Positions 11,807 to 27,130 of a stretch of DNA of 64,000 bases are shown in pieces; position 1 is the first letter of the stretch; each line of letters starts with the position of its first letter. The stretch covers positions 6,465 through 70,464 of the forward strand of contig DASXMA010000340.1 of assembly GCA_036495965.1 (NCBI GenBank), written 5' to 3'. The notes beneath the pieces are model-generated. The model was not told where the DNA came from. It did no database searches and saw only the letters and a list, made by a program, of their open reading frames with translations. The DNA is from Mycobacterium sp. GTDB lineage: Bacteria; Actinomycetota; Actinomycetes; Mycobacteriales; Mycobacteriaceae. A program made the translations under genes and the position numbers.

Positions 11807-12434
11807 GGGATTCTCCTTGATCATCTGCGGCCAGAAATGCGTCGTACATGGTGCTGTCAGCCATCAATCCGTCGGTATAGATCTCTAGAGCAGGCAGCAC
11901 CATATCGCGGGCATAGTCGCGCAGGACCGCCCGCAAATCCGTTGGGTTTTCATGCATCTGCAGATACAGCAGGAAGCCGCCCCCGCCAGTTATCGACAGG
12001 TACTTCGCCCTGGCGCGCGGGTCGCGGCTCGGCTTGAGCAATCCGGTTCGCACCCCGTCGTCCAGGTACTCCTCGGCATCGTCGCTCATCTTCTGCCATA
12101 ACATCTTTGCCAGGTCGCCGCCGGTCTGCATACTGCGCACCAGGTAGGCCATCAATGGGGCGTAGGACTCGATCTCGGCCATCTGCGCAAACCACGTGGC
12201 CGGATCGGTTGACCGCATTGCTTCGGACTTGCCGCTGCGAATCTCTTCGGCGATGTAGTCATCGCAGGCCTTGCGCAGGCCGTCTTTCGAGCCGAAGTGA
12301 TGGATGACCAGTGCGGCGCTCACCCCCGCTGCCTCGGCGATCGTGCGTAGCCCGACAGCGAAGCCGTGCTGACCGAACTGCTCGATGGCCGCATCGCGGA
12401 TCCGCGCGGCGGCGGTCAGGTCGGCTGAACGCAT
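11796..12434 (-). CDS. raaS: TetR family regulator RaaS (Rv1219c-like)
   Basis: N-terminal TetR HTH ([19 protein letters not shown]); first gene of the ABC operon. Confidence 0.88.
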   Translation of the reverse strand: MRSADLTAAARIRDAAIEQFGQHGFAVGLRTIAEAAGVSAALVIHHFGSKDGLRKACDDYIAEEIRSGKSEAMRSTDPATWFAQMAEIESYAPLMAYLVRSMQTGGDLAKMLWQKMSDDAEEYLDDGVRTGLLKPSRDPRARAKYLSITGGGGFLLYLQMHENPTDLRAVLRDYARDMVLPALEIYTDGLMADSTMYDAFLAADDQGESHAS

Positions 12435-12460
12435 GTTCAGTACGCTAAACGCTCGTTCAG
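12425..12460. promoter_or_regulatory. Two adjacent palindromic operators, likely RaaS autoregulation
   Basis: CTGAAC-gcat-GTTCAG (12425-12440, spanning the start codon) and CTAAAC-gctc-GTTCAG (12445-12460). Confidence 0.7.
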
Positions 12461-12508
12461 CGCGGCGTCAATAAGACACGCCGCTAGGAATCCGTAAAGG
12501 TTGGAGAA

Positions 12509-13183
12509 CTAGTCCCTGACCGCGGCCAGCACCCCGTCGCCGAGCGGTACCAGCGCGGGGGTGAGCCGCTCGTCCTCGGCGATGAGCCGGGCCGCCTCGC
12601 GAACCGCGACCACCTCGGCGTCGCGGGCCGCGGGATCGCCGGCGCGCCCGCCCAGCCCGGCCCGGTGCACGACGATAACCCCGCCGGATCGCAGCAGGCG
12701 TACGCCCTCGACGACGTAATCGGGCTGGTCGATCGGGTCGGCGTCGACGAACACCAGGTCATACGATTCGTCGGCGAGCCGGGTGAGCACCTCTTGGGCC
12801 CGGCCGCTGATCAGCCTGGTGCGTGACGGTCCGATGCCGGCTTCGGCGAATGTCTGCTTGGCCAGCCGCAGATACTCGGGCTCGATGTCGATCGTGGTCA
12901 AGACACCGTCGGCGCTCATGCCCGACAACAACCAGAGTCCGCTGACTCCAGCACCGGTCCCCACCTCGGCGACCGCCTTGCCGCCACTGAGCTTGGCCAG
13001 CAGGCTCAACAGCGCACCGACCGCGGGCGTCACCGCCCCGGCGCCGATGTCCACGGCGCGCTCGCGGGCGCCCGCCAAAATCGCATCTTCTGATATCGAC
13101 CCCTCGGCGTGCGCGGAAAGTGATTCGGCTCGACTGGGGGCCGCCTGGCCGGGGGTCACCGAGCTGTTATCGGTACCGTCCAT
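12509..13183 (-). CDS. SAM-dependent O-methyltransferase (Rv1220c-like)
   Basis: [13 protein letters not shown]-binding motif, YDLVFVDAD. Confidence 0.9.
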   Translation of the reverse strand: MDGTDNSSVTPGQAAPSRAESLSAHAEGSISEDAILAGARERAVDIGAGAVTPAVGALLSLLAKLSGGKAVAEVGTGAGVSGLWLLSGMSADGVLTTIDIEPEYLRLAKQTFAEAGIGPSRTRLISGRAQEVLTRLADESYDLVFVDADPIDQPDYVVEGVRLLRSGGVIVVHRAGLGGRAGDPAARDAEVVAVREAARLIAEDERLTPALVPLGDGVLAAVRD

Positions 13184-13325
13184 GACCCGCAGCGTATGTC
13201 GGATTCGCGATGCAGTAGGTCAGGCGCGCCTGAGCAGGGCCGTTACGACACGCCCGGACAGCGCAGCGCGACAAAGGTCACTCCGCGATGAATACGCCCT
13301 GCTTAACGCAGGTAACGATCAGGTT

Positions 13326-13342
13326 TCTCAGCCAAACCTCAG
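13326..13342 (+). promoter_or_regulatory. MprA box upstream of sigE
   Basis: TCTCAG-N5-CCTCAG hexamer direct repeat; MprA control of sigE is established in M. tuberculosis. Confidence 0.65.
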
Positions 13343-13386
13343 TTTGCTCCTATGCCCCGCATACGCCGATGCGCGACGGTTTCCGT

Positions 13387-14157
13387 ATGGAACGTGGCGG
13401 GTACTGGACCGGGAATACACAGTGGCGACTTCGTGTTGCCGCTGGCGATGAATTGTCAGACCCTGGTGGCAGGGCAAACCCGGAGGATCCGATTATCACC
13501 ACGCTTTTGAGCCCGACGAGCATGTCTCATGCCCAGGAGTGTCGAGACGACGAGTGGGCGGAAACACCCGAGTCGTTGCAGGGAACTGCGGTGTTCGACG
13601 CGACCGGGGACAAGGCGACGATGCCGTCGTGGGACGAGCTGGTGCGTCAGCATGCCGATCGGGTGTACCGGCTGGCCTACCGGCTGTCGGGAAATCAGCA
13701 CGACGCCGAGGACTTGACCCAGGAGACCTTCATCCGGGTGTTCCGGTCGGTGCAGAACTATCAGCCGGGAACCTTTGAGGGCTGGCTGCACCGCATCACC
13801 ACGAACCTGTTTCTCGACATGGTCCGCCGACGGGCCCGCATCCGGATGGAAGCGTTGCCTGAGGATTACGACCGAGTGCCTGCCGACGAACCAAACCCCG
13901 AGCAGATTTATCACGACTCGCGGCTCGGGCCCGACCTGCAGGCCGCCCTGGATTCGCTGCCGCCGGAATTTCGCGCCGCGGTTGTGCTGTGCGATATCGA
14001 AGGTCTGTCCTACGAGGAGATCGGTGCCACCCTGGGCGTGAAGCTGGGCACCGTACGCAGCCGCATACACCGCGGGCGTCAGGCGCTGCGCGACTACCTG
14101 GCCGCGCATCCCGAACATGGCATCCGCAACGACACGCTGCACGCCAAGTCGGCGTAG
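13387..14157 (+). CDS. sigE: ECF RNA polymerase sigma factor SigE
   Basis: [37 protein letters not shown]; region 4 [24 protein letters not shown]; exact start uncertain. Confidence 0.95.
   Translation: MERGGYWTGNTQWRLRVAAGDELSDPGGRANPEDPIITTLLSPTSMSHAQECRDDEWAETPESLQGTAVFDATGDKATMPSWDELVRQHADRVYRLAYRLSGNQHDAEDLTQETFIRVFRSVQNYQPGTFEGWLHRITTNLFLDMVRRRARIRMEALPEDYDRVPADEPNPEQIYHDSRLGPDLQAALDSLPPEFRAAVVLCDIEGLSYEEIGATLGVKLGTVRSRIHRGRQALRDYLAAHPEHGIRNDTLHAKSA
13412..13438 (+). promoter_or_regulatory. SigH/SigE-type promoter inside the sigE 5' coding region
   Basis: GGAAT-N18-GTTG; an internal SigH-dependent sigE promoter is described in M. tuberculosis. Confidence 0.55.
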
Positions 14158-14330
14158 TTCGGCGAGCGGCCCCGGCGCACAAGCCACCGGCTGAGAGCCA
14201 GCCATCGGTTTTATCCACAGCCCGATTTGCTCGCTGGATGAGAATCGTGCGATTTTGCGGGCTCGAGACAGGGTACGGGGCGCTTTGTCGCGCTACATTC
14301 GAGGTGTACGTGGCAGCGAAAGGAGTGGTG

Positions 14331-14726
14331 ATGCCTGACCGAGGACATGTGTTCCGCCGCGCGTTCTCCTGGCTGCCCGCACAATTCGCCTCCCAAAGTG
14401 ATGCACCGGTCGGCGCGCCGCGCCAGTTCGGTTCCACCGAGCATCTGTCCGTCGAGGCAATCGCGGCCTTCGTCGACGGCGAGCTCCGGATGAACGCACA
14501 TTTGCGCGCCGCGCATCACCTCTCGCTGTGCCCACAATGCGCGGCCGAAGTAGAAGATCAGAGCCGGGCGCGCACCGCGTTGCGCGACTCGCGCCCGATC
14601 CGTATCCCCAGCGCGTTGCTGGGAATGCTGGCTGATATTCCGCACAGTTCTCCCGACGACACGACATCCCAGGTACCCGACCGTTTCGCTGACCGCGATG
14701 CCCGCGACCAGCGTAAGCGCCGGTAG
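14331..14726 (+). CDS. rseA: Anti-sigma E factor RseA
   Basis: ZAS motif HLSLCPQC (HxxxCxxC); AAGGAG RBS upstream of ATG; follows sigE. Confidence 0.92.
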   Translation: MPDRGHVFRRAFSWLPAQFASQSDAPVGAPRQFGSTEHLSVEAIAAFVDGELRMNAHLRAAHHLSLCPQCAAEVEDQSRARTALRDSRPIRIPSALLGMLADIPHSSPDDTTSQVPDRFADRDARDQRKRR

Positions 14727-14848
14727 CTTGAGTCCCTGCAACCAAAACCGTGGATACTAGGGTGGACACGGACAATGCCGTGCCTGGTGCTTGCCCCGTA
14801 CATGGGCCCTGTATTAGGCCTGTCTCGAGCGCTCAAATGAGGATTTAA

Positions 14849-16375
<1,527 letters not shown>

Positions 16376-16813
16376 GTGTTCGGGAACCTGAGCTGGGAGC
16401 ACATCCTGGTCCTCGTCGTGGTCGGGCTGGTGATCCTTGGGCCGGAGCGGCTCCCGGGTGCCATCCGCTGGACGTCGAATGCGTTGCGGCAGGCGCGTGA
16501 CTACCTCAGCGGCGTGACCAGTCAGCTGCGCGAGGATCTCGGACCCGAGTTCGACGATCTGCGTGGTCCGCTGAGTGAGCTGCAGAGACTGCGCGGTATG
16601 ACGCCGCGCGCCGCGCTGACCAAGCACCTGCTGGACGGGGATGACTCCTTCCTCACCGGGAACTTCGACCGGCCGGTCAATGGAGCCTCCGCGAGGCCCT
16701 CAGCGGCGGCGGAGCCATCGCAGCCGATGGCGGGATCGAACGGAGAGCCCACGACGTTTGCCGCCGAACCGCACGCTCCCGGTCACACGCCGTTCGACAC
16801 CGACGCGACCTAG
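16376..16813 (+). CDS. tatB: Sec-independent translocase subunit TatB
   Basis: [19 protein letters not shown] motif; C-terminal FDTDAT. Confidence 0.93.
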   Translation: MFGNLSWEHILVLVVVGLVILGPERLPGAIRWTSNALRQARDYLSGVTSQLREDLGPEFDDLRGPLSELQRLRGMTPRAALTKHLLDGDDSFLTGNFDRPVNGASARPSAAAEPSQPMAGSNGEPTTFAAEPHAPGHTPFDTDAT

Positions 16814-16869
16814 CCCGGCGACGACGCGGGCCGCAACGGCCCGCGGAGGAGGCGGGCCATTGGGCCTAG
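16811..16869 (+). repeat. MIRU-like intergenic repeat unit with hairpin
   Basis: TAGCCCGGCGACGACGCGGGCCG-CAA-CGGCCCGCGGAGGAGG...TGGGCCT; related copy at 33198-33257 on the minus strand. Confidence 0.65.
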
Positions 16870-16881
16870 CTCGACGGCTAC

Positions 16882-18039
16882 TCAGCGCTTGGTCGGATCG
16901 AGGCCCAGCGACACACCGGTCAGTCCGCGCCGCCGCATCGACAATCCGTCGGCGACGCTGCACAATGCCTTGCCCACCGGCGAGTCGGGCGCGCTCAGCA
17001 CGATCGGATTGCCGGAATCACCGGCGGCCACCAGCGCGGGGTCCAGCGGGATCTGGCCCATTAGCGGCACGTCGGCGCCGGTCGCACGCGACAGCCGCTC
17101 GGCGACCTGCTGGCCACCGCCCTCGCCGAAGACCTGCAGCGTTGAGCCGTCCGGCAGCAGCAGCCCCGACATGTTCTCCACGACGCCGACGATGCGCTGA
17201 CGAGTCTGCAACGCGATGCTGCCGGCCCGTTCGGCGACCTCGGCAGCGGCCAGTTGTGGCGTGGTCACCACGAGAATCTCCGCGTTCGGGATCAGCTGGG
17301 CCACCGAGATGGCGATGTCGCCGGTTCCCGGCGGTAGATCGAGCAGGAGCACGTCCAGATCGCCCCAATAGACGTCGGCCAGGAACTGTTGCAACGCCCG
17401 GTGCAGCATCGGCCCCCGCCACACCACCGGCGTGTTGCCCTCGGTGAACTGCGCGATCGAGATGAGCTTCACCTCGTGAGCGATCGGCGGCAGGATCATC
17501 GACTCGACCTGGGTGGGTCGGTCGGTGCTGCCCATCATCCGCGGGATGGAATGGCCGTGGATATCGGCGTCGAGCACACCCACCGACAGGCCGCGGACGG
17601 CCATCGCCGCGGCGAGATTCACCGTGACGGTCGACTTGCCGACTCCGCCTTTGCCGGACGCGACGGCATACACCCGAGTCAGTGAGCTTGGCTGAGCGAA
17701 CGGGACGACGGGCTCGCGGGCATCGCCGCGCAACTGCTTGCGCAGCTCGGTGCGCTGCTCGTCGCTCATCACGTCCAGGCTGACCTTCACTGCGCCGGTG
17801 CCGGGAACGTCGGCGACCGCTTTGGTTACCAGCTCGCTGATTTCGTTCTTCTTCGGGCAGCTGGCAATGGTCAGGTAAATCGTCACGTGCACGCCGCAGT
17901 CGGGGGCGATGTCGATGCTCTTGACCATCCCGAGGTCAGTGATGGGACGCCGTAATTCGGGGTCGATCACCTTGCCTAGGGCGGTGCGGATGGCTGCGCT
18001 CAGGTCGGCTTTCACATCAGCAGGGTCATGACGGGACAT
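16882..18039 (-). CDS. mrp: Mrp/NBP35 family ATP-binding Fe-S carrier
   Basis: DPELRRPIT, SGKGGVGKST, WRGPML, DLPPGTGD motifs. Confidence 0.93.
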   Translation of the reverse strand: MSRHDPADVKADLSAAIRTALGKVIDPELRRPITDLGMVKSIDIAPDCGVHVTIYLTIASCPKKNEISELVTKAVADVPGTGAVKVSLDVMSDEQRTELRKQLRGDAREPVVPFAQPSSLTRVYAVASGKGGVGKSTVTVNLAAAMAVRGLSVGVLDADIHGHSIPRMMGSTDRPTQVESMILPPIAHEVKLISIAQFTEGNTPVVWRGPMLHRALQQFLADVYWGDLDVLLLDLPPGTGDIAISVAQLIPNAEILVVTTPQLAAAEVAERAGSIALQTRQRIVGVVENMSGLLLPDGSTLQVFGEGGGQQVAERLSRATGADVPLMGQIPLDPALVAAGDSGNPIVLSAPDSPVGKALCSVADGLSMRRRGLTGVSLGLDPTKR

Positions 18040-18086
18040 CACCGCCGAGTGTAGGCGGCCCTGCTACCGGCCGATCGGCCGACGGG

Positions 18087-19448
18087 TCAGGCCGCCGGGG
18101 CGGGTGCCGGCTGGTTGGGCGCCGGAGAGTTGCTCGCCGCGTTCGGCGGCGGGCCGGCCGACTTGGGCGACTGCGAGGCGTTAGCCGGTGCTGCCACCGG
18201 GCCCGGTGGCGTGCCCGGGCCAGGGCCGGCGGGCGGGCCGGCCGGCGCTGCCCCGGGCTGGACAGTGTCAGGGGGTGGCGGTGGGCCTACCCCTGGCGGA
18301 AATGCCGGCGGCGGGAACTGCGGTCCGCCCGGCGGCGGGCTTTGTGGGCCGATGCAGATCAGCGTGCACCCAGGCTGTCGCGTCTGCGCCGGTACCGGGG
18401 TGTTGGGCGCCATCCACGGGTACATCGGTGGCTGACCGACAACCTGAGGCGGGCCGAAATCGATCAGCGGCATCCGCGCGAGCGGATCGTCGACCGGCAG
18501 GCCGTTGACATTCATCGGCAGGCCGGGGCCCAGCCCCTCCGGATGCTCGTCGTGTGCGTCGCCGAGCGGGGGCGGCGGCCCGGTGATCGGCGGCAGGTCG
18601 ACCGGGACGACGCCGGTCGCGTAGGCCGCCGCCCAGCCCAGCACGTTCTGGGCGTAGGGCATCGAGTTGTTGTAGCGCAAGATCGCGGCCATCACCCCTG
18701 CCGGGTCGCGCAGGTTGAGCCCGCCGCTGCACAAGTACCGGGCGGCCGCCAGCGTGGCATCGAACAGGTTTTGTGGATCGGCTATGCCGTCACCCTTGCC
18801 GTCAGACGCGTACCGCGCCCATGTGCCAGGCAAGAACTGCATGGGCCCCATCGCACGGGCGTAGGTGACGCGATTGCCGACGCTGCTCTGCAGGATGACC
18901 TCGTTGCCGGGCAGCGTGCCATCCAGTGCAGGACCGTATATCGGGATGACCGCGGTACCGCGTCCATCGACGGCGCCACCGCCCGCGTGGCCCGACTCGA
19001 TGCGCCCGATTCCGGCCAGCAGGTTCCAGCTGACGCCGCAACCGGGGGCCTCGACTGCCATCTTCTGTTCGGCACGGCGGTAAGCCGACAGGGCGATCAT
19101 CGGGATGCCCAGCGCACCAGGCGCATTCACGATCATTGGTGGCGGCGGCGCCGAAACGGCGCCCGCGGCGACGTGGAAGGCGGTCGGAGCGTGCTCGATG
19201 GCGATGACAGCGGGACCGGAGAGGTCAGGAACGGCAGGGGAAACGGCGGCTACCGGGGTGATGACGGCATGCACGGACGGGATTGGGCTTTTTCCGTGAA
19301 ACGGCGGAGCCGCCCCTCCGACCGCTCCGGCTAATACCAATGGGGTAATCACAGCGACCCCGAATGCCGGCGTCCGCGTTACGCTGACCGCCCGCCTCCG
19401 GACCGCAGTGACGGCCGGGCGTGCATCCCAGCGTCCCCCAATGCGCAC
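18087..19448 (-). CDS. Lytic transglycosylase-domain protein with Pro-rich tail (Rv1230c-like)
   Basis: GIGRIESGH, AMGPMQFLPGTW, AAARYLC, YNNS SLT motifs; N-terminal TM/signal. Confidence 0.87.
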   Translation of the reverse strand: MRIGGRWDARPAVTAVRRRAVSVTRTPAFGVAVITPLVLAGAVGGAAPPFHGKSPIPSVHAVITPVAAVSPAVPDLSGPAVIAIEHAPTAFHVAAGAVSAPPPPMIVNAPGALGIPMIALSAYRRAEQKMAVEAPGCGVSWNLLAGIGRIESGHAGGGAVDGRGTAVIPIYGPALDGTLPGNEVILQSSVGNRVTYARAMGPMQFLPGTWARYASDGKGDGIADPQNLFDATLAAARYLCSGGLNLRDPAGVMAAILRYNNSMPYAQNVLGWAAAYATGVVPVDLPPITGPPPPLGDAHDEHPEGLGPGLPMNVNGLPVDDPLARMPLIDFGPPQVVGQPPMYPWMAPNTPVPAQTRQPGCTLICIGPQSPPPGGPQFPPPAFPPGVGPPPPPDTVQPGAAPAGPPAGPGPGTPPGPVAAPANASQSPKSAGPPPNAASNSPAPNQPAPAPAA

Positions 19449-19514
19449 TCGACCGTCCTAAGTATGTGAGCTGCCAGATGTCTATGTGAGCTTGCGGAAA
19501 CCTCTTCTTAGCTT

Positions 19515-19530
19515 CGTGAACTTGATCACC
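19515..19530. promoter_or_regulatory. Putative CRP-binding site upstream of the transglycosylase gene
   Basis: cGTGA-acttga-TCACc matches GTGA-N6-TCAC. Confidence 0.5.
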
Positions 19531-19576
19531 ATACATAACTCCCGTGACGGGAGTGGCGCAATGGTTGATTTGGTAT

Positions 19577-20119
19577 TCACCGGGATTTCTTGACGACCCT
19601 TTCCAGGTCGTCGCGGGCCCGCGCAGTCTCCGCCTCCGGGATTTCCGGCTGCAGATCGGCCAGCAAATTGCGGAGATCTTCGAGCTCGTGACGCAGGTAT
19701 TCCCGGGTCACTACCTCGCCGACGGCCAGCCGCAGCGCAGCCAGCTCGCGGGCCAGATACTCGGTGTCGGCCTTGGTTTGCGCGGCGCGACGACGGTCTT
19801 CGTCGAGTGCGACCCGGTCCCGGTTCTCCTGACGGTTCTGGGCGAGCAGAATGAGCGGCGCTGCGTAGGCGGCCTGCGTGGAGAAAGCCAGATTGAGCAA
19901 GATAAACGGCTACGGGTCCCAGCGCAGTGTCGCTGCGAACAGGTTCACCGCAATCCATGCCAGCACCAAGATCGTCTGCAGCAGCAGGTAGCGGCCGGTG
20001 CCGAAGAAACGCGCGATGGACTCGGTCATCTGCCCGACGGTCTCCGGGTCCATACGCGGTGAGTACCTGCGCGATGTCCGGGGGGTGTACAGCCGCCGCG
20101 GTGCGGTGGACTTGCTCAC
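19577..20119 (-). pseudogene. DUF1003 membrane protein (Rv1231c-like) interrupted by an in-frame TAG
   Basis: Reads WDP*PFILLNLAFSTQAAYAAPLILLAQNRQ; TAG at 19910-19912 where the family motif DPYPFILLNL has Tyr; both halves in the same frame. Confidence 0.85.
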
Positions 20120-21423
20120 GCGGATCCTCCGAGTGCTTCGAGGCGGTCGACGGCATCCAGCCCCTGCACGTCCATGCGCCAGTCGTGCGGCAGCAGGTGA
20201 TCGAGCAGGTCGTCCACGGTCACCGCGCCCAACAGGTGGTTCTGGTCGTCCACCACGGGTCCGCACACCAGGTTGTAGGCGGCGAAGTAGCGAGTCGCGG
20301 CGGCCAGCGGGGTTTCCGGCGCCAGGGTGAGTAGGTCGGTGTCGACGATCCCGCCGACCAGCTCCGCCGGCGCTTCGCGGAGCAGCCGCTGCAGCGGCAC
20401 ACAGCCCAGGTAGCGGCCGGTCGGAGTGGCCGTCGGCGGGCGAGCCACGAACACCATGGACGACAGCGCCGCGGTGAGGTCGGGATCGCGAACCCGGGCC
20501 AACGCCTCGGCGACCGCGGTGTCCGGGGTCAGCACCACCGGATCGGAGGTCATCAAACCGCCCGCGGTGTCGGGCGAGTGCGTCAAGAGCCGGCGCACCG
20601 GATCGGATTCCCCCGGGTCCATCCGGGTCAGCAGCATCTCGGCGTCGGTCGGATTCAGCACCCCGAGCAGGTCAGCGGCATCGTCGGGATCCATCTCCTC
20701 TAGTACGTCGGCCGCTCGTTCGGTGCCCAATTGGGATAACGCGTCGGCCTGATCCAGCTCGGGCAGCTCCTGCAGAATGTCAGCCAGCCGGTCGTCGTTC
20801 AGCGCCTTGAGCACCTCGTAGCGCCGCTTGGGCGGCAGGGCGCGGATGGCGTCGGCCACATCGACCGCTTTTCGCCCGTCGAATTGCTCCAGCAGCTGGG
20901 CCACCCCCTGACCCGGCAACGCCAGTGCGGACGGGGTCAGCCCCTGCACGCTCTGCCAGTCCACGACGTGCACGGGACCGCGCCGTCCGAGCCGTCGTTG
21001 GCCGCGGACGGCCACCCGCGAAACCATCCAGTCCCGGGTTCGGGTCTGCTCGATTCCCAGGTCGGTGATCACGACGTCGAGGCCGGCAAGCTCCGGCAGT
21101 TCCGGGTCGTTGACCTTGACCAGGGTGTCGAGTACCTGACCTATCGCCAGGACCTCGCCCGGCCGTTGCTCGAAGTGACGCAGGGAGACGTTGCCGGTGT
21201 TGAGGGTCACTGCGTCGGGCTCGATCGCAGCGACCCGCAGAATCGGGATGAAGATGCTGCGGCGGGTGGCCAGATCGACAATCAACCCCAGGACCCGCGG
21301 TTGCTGACGGATGATGCTGATGCTGATCACGACATCGCGGACACGTCCGAAGTTCTCACCGAGTGGCCCCAGCACCAACATTCGCGCGAGCCGCGCGACG
21401 TACACCCTGTTGACCGGTCCCAT
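20116..21423 (-). CDS. MgtE intracellular-domain/CBS protein (Rv1232c-like)
   Basis: LEEMDPDDAADLL, DTAGGLMT, CBS motifs (GAVTVDDLLDH); overlaps DUF1003 start. Confidence 0.88.
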   Translation of the reverse strand: MGPVNRVYVARLARMLVLGPLGENFGRVRDVVISISIIRQQPRVLGLIVDLATRRSIFIPILRVAAIEPDAVTLNTGNVSLRHFEQRPGEVLAIGQVLDTLVKVNDPELPELAGLDVVITDLGIEQTRTRDWMVSRVAVRGQRRLGRRGPVHVVDWQSVQGLTPSALALPGQGVAQLLEQFDGRKAVDVADAIRALPPKRRYEVLKALNDDRLADILQELPELDQADALSQLGTERAADVLEEMDPDDAADLLGVLNPTDAEMLLTRMDPGESDPVRRLLTHSPDTAGGLMTSDPVVLTPDTAVAEALARVRDPDLTAALSSMVFVARPPTATPTGRYLGCVPLQRLLREAPAELVGGIVDTDLLTLAPETPLAAATRYFAAYNLVCGPVVDDQNHLLGAVTVDDLLDHLLPHDWRMDVQGLDAVDRLEALGGSA

Positions 21424-21491
21424 GGCAGAGAGCCTAGGCAGCCGGTGGTCGCATGGCAGCCGCCGGTATCCGTCTCGCCAGGGGGATGCCG

Positions 21492-22034
21492 CTAACGCTG
21501 CAACGCGAAGATCGTGACGATCAAGTTGACAATCAGGGTGGCGACGCCGATTGCTATGCCGGCGACGGCCAGGCCGTAGCCGTCTTGGCGAGTCCGCTTG
21601 ATCTGGCCCAGCGCGATCGCGCCCAGCACGATGGCCAGGATCCCCCCGATGCAGCAGAACAAGCCGGTGAACGACGAGATCAACGAGGCGATTGCCAGGC
21701 CGCTCATCCCCGGCGGCATCTCCCCCTGGGGGCCATAGCCCCTCTGGTAGTCCGGCGGCGGGTAGTAGCCCCCCGGGTAGTCGCCCGGATGGGAAGGTGG
21801 CGGACCGTAGCCGCCCGGCGACTGGTAGCCGGGGGGCCCAGCGGGCGGCGGGTATCCAGCTGGATAGCCGGGCGGGTAGCTGGACGGCAGATACGGCGCA
21901 GGCGGGTAGTCGGCTGCCGGCGGCGGTGCCGGTGCATCCCAGGGAGGTTGCCAAGGCGGCTGCTCGCCGGGCGGGGGCGAATGAGCCTCGTCGTCGTGGG
22001 CACTCTCGCCGCTGGCGCCGCCCGGAGCTGTCAT
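21492..22034 (-). CDS. DUF4190 Pro/Tyr-rich membrane protein (Rv1233c-like)
   Basis: Pro-Tyr-rich N-terminus, then GLAIASLI..ALGQIKRTRQDGYGLAVAGIAIG. Confidence 0.85.
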   Translation of the reverse strand: MTAPGGASGESAHDDEAHSPPPGEQPPWQPPWDAPAPPPAADYPPAPYLPSSYPPGYPAGYPPPAGPPGYQSPGGYGPPPSHPGDYPGGYYPPPDYQRGYGPQGEMPPGMSGLAIASLISSFTGLFCCIGGILAIVLGAIALGQIKRTRQDGYGLAVAGIAIGVATLIVNLIVTIFALQR

Positions 22035-22216
22035 GCTGTTCAATCTAACCTCTGCGCTGGTGGAGAGTCCGGCCGCAAGCCGGGCGGGCCCGGTCGCGGA
22101 GATGGGCAGGGCCAGGCGGGTTCTCCGGATTTGCTCACAGGTTGCTTGGCGGTCGCCTCGATAGGGTGGAGGGCCAGGGCTGAAGCCATTTCCAGGGCGG
22201 AGCAGAATGAGTACCA

Positions 22217-25107
<2,891 letters not shown>

Positions 25108-25118
<11 letters not shown>

Positions 25119-25947
25119 GCGGGTGGACAGGCGGCGCACTGCCGTTTGGGCCGTTCTCGACACCTTGGTGGTGGTGTATGCGCTGCTTCCGGTGCTTTGG
25201 ATTCTCAGCCTGTCGCTCAAACCGACGTCAACGGTCAAGGACGGCAAGCTGATTCCGTCGTCGGTGACCTTGGCCAACTATCGCGGTATCTTTCGGGGCG
25301 ACTTCTTCAGCTCAGCGCTGATCAACTCGATCGGGATCGGATTGATCACCACCGCGATCTCGGTCGTGCTGGGCGCGATGGCGGCTTACGCGATTGCCCG
25401 ACTCAACTTTCCCGGCAAGCGAGTGCTCGTCGGCGCCGCTCTGCTGATCACCATGTTCCCGGCGATCTCTCTGGTCACACCGTTGTTCAACATCGAACGC
25501 CGGGTCGGCTTGTTCGACACCTGGCCCGGGTTGATCCTGCCCTACATCACTTTCGCATTGCCCCTTGCTATTTACACGTTGTCGGCGTTCTTCCGTGAGG
25601 TTCCGTGGGACCTGGAGAAGGCGGCCAAGATGGACGGCGCCACGCCGGGGCAGGCTTTTCGCAAGGTCATCGTCCCGCTGGCGGCGCCTGGGCTGGTTAC
25701 CGCAGCGATCCTGGTGTTCATCTTCGCCTGGAACGACCTGTTGCTGGCGTTGTCGCTGACCGCCACCAAGGCGGCGATCACCGCGCCGGTGGCGATCGTG
25801 AACTTCAGCGGCAGTTCGCAGTTCGAGGAACCAACCGCATCGATTGCGGCCGGTGCCGTCGTGATTACGATCCCGATCATCGTGTTTGTTCTAATCTTCC
25901 AACGACGGATTGTCGCCGGGTTGACCTCTGGCGCTGTGAAGGGATAG
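25108..25947 (+). CDS. sugB: Sugar ABC permease SugB
   Basis: [27 protein letters not shown]-terminus. Confidence 0.92.
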
Positions 25948-25951
25948 CGCG

Positions 25952-27130
25952 ATGGCCGAGATTGTGCTGGAGCACGTCAACAAGACTTACCCCGGCGGGG
26001 CGACCGCGGTGAAGGACCTCAGCGTCACCATCGCCGACGGCGAATTCCTGATCCTGGTCGGGCCCTCCGGCTGCGGAAAGACCACGACGCTGAATATGAT
26101 TGCCGGACTAGAGGATATCTCGTCAGGTGAATTGCGTATCGGCGGCGAACGGGTGAACGAGAAGGCGCCCAAGGACCGCGATATCGCAATGGTTTTCCAG
26201 TCCTATGCGCTTTACCCGCACATGACCGTGCGGCAGAACATCGCCTTCCCTTTGACTTTGGCGAAGATGAAGAAGCCCGAGATCGCGCAGAAGGTGGAGG
26301 ACACTGCCAAAATTCTTGACCTGACCGAACTCCTGGACCGCAAGCCCTCCCAGTTGTCGGGTGGGCAAAGACAGCGTGTCGCGATGGGCCGGGCAATTGT
26401 GCGCCACCCCAAGGCTTTCCTGATGGACGAGCCGCTGTCCAACCTGGATGCCAAGCTGCGGGTGCAGATGCGAGGCGAGATCGCCCGGCTGCAGCGCAAG
26501 CTCGGCGCGACCACCGTCTACGTCACACATGACCAGACCGAGGCGATGACGCTGGGAGACCGTGTGGTGGTGATGCACGGCGGTGTAGCCCAGCAGATCG
26601 GCACCCCCGACGAGCTCTACGAGCGTCCGGCCAATCTCTTCGTCGCGGGGTTCATCGGCTCACCCGCGATGAACTTCTTCCCCGCCACCCAGACGCCGAC
26701 CGGACTGACGCTGCCCCTTGGGGAGGTGATGCTGACGCCGGACGTCCAAGAGGTGATCGCCCGGCACCCCAACCCGGAGAACGTCATCGTCGGGCTGCGA
26801 CCCGAACATCTGGCCGATGCCGCGCTGATCGACGGTTACCAACGCATCCGGGCGTTGACCTTCGAGGTCAAGGTCGACTTGGTCGAATCGCTGGGCGCCG
26901 ACAAATACCTGTATTTCACCACCACGGGTCCGGCTGTGCACGCGGCTCAGTTGGACGAGCTGGAGGCAGAGGGAGAAGTACACGAAAACCATTTTGTAGC
27001 AAGGGTCCCCGCCGAGTCGAAGGCGGCCGTCGGGCAGTCGACCGAGTTGGCGTTCGACACCACCAAACTCGCTGTCTTCGACGCGGACTCCGGGATGAAC
27101 CTGACCATCTCGCCACCCGCAGCGGAGTGA
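25952..27130 (+). CDS. sugC: Sugar ABC ATP-binding protein SugC
   Basis: [35 protein letters not shown]. Confidence 0.94.
   Translation: MAEIVLEHVNKTYPGGATAVKDLSVTIADGEFLILVGPSGCGKTTTLNMIAGLEDISSGELRIGGERVNEKAPKDRDIAMVFQSYALYPHMTVRQNIAFPLTLAKMKKPEIAQKVEDTAKILDLTELLDRKPSQLSGGQRQRVAMGRAIVRHPKAFLMDEPLSNLDAKLRVQMRGEIARLQRKLGATTVYVTHDQTEAMTLGDRVVVMHGGVAQQIGTPDELYERPANLFVAGFIGSPAMNFFPATQTPTGLTLPLGEVMLTPDVQEVIARHPNPENVIVGLRPEHLADAALIDGYQRIRALTFEVKVDLVESLGADKYLYFTTTGPAVHAAQLDELEAEGEVHENHFVARVPAESKAAVGQSTELAFDTTKLAVFDADSGMNLTISPPAAE

Noticed and set aside
18087-18420. Pro/Gly-rich repetitive DNA as a repeat element
   Set aside because: Simply encodes the Pro-rich tail of the transglycosylase protein; no discrete repeat unit
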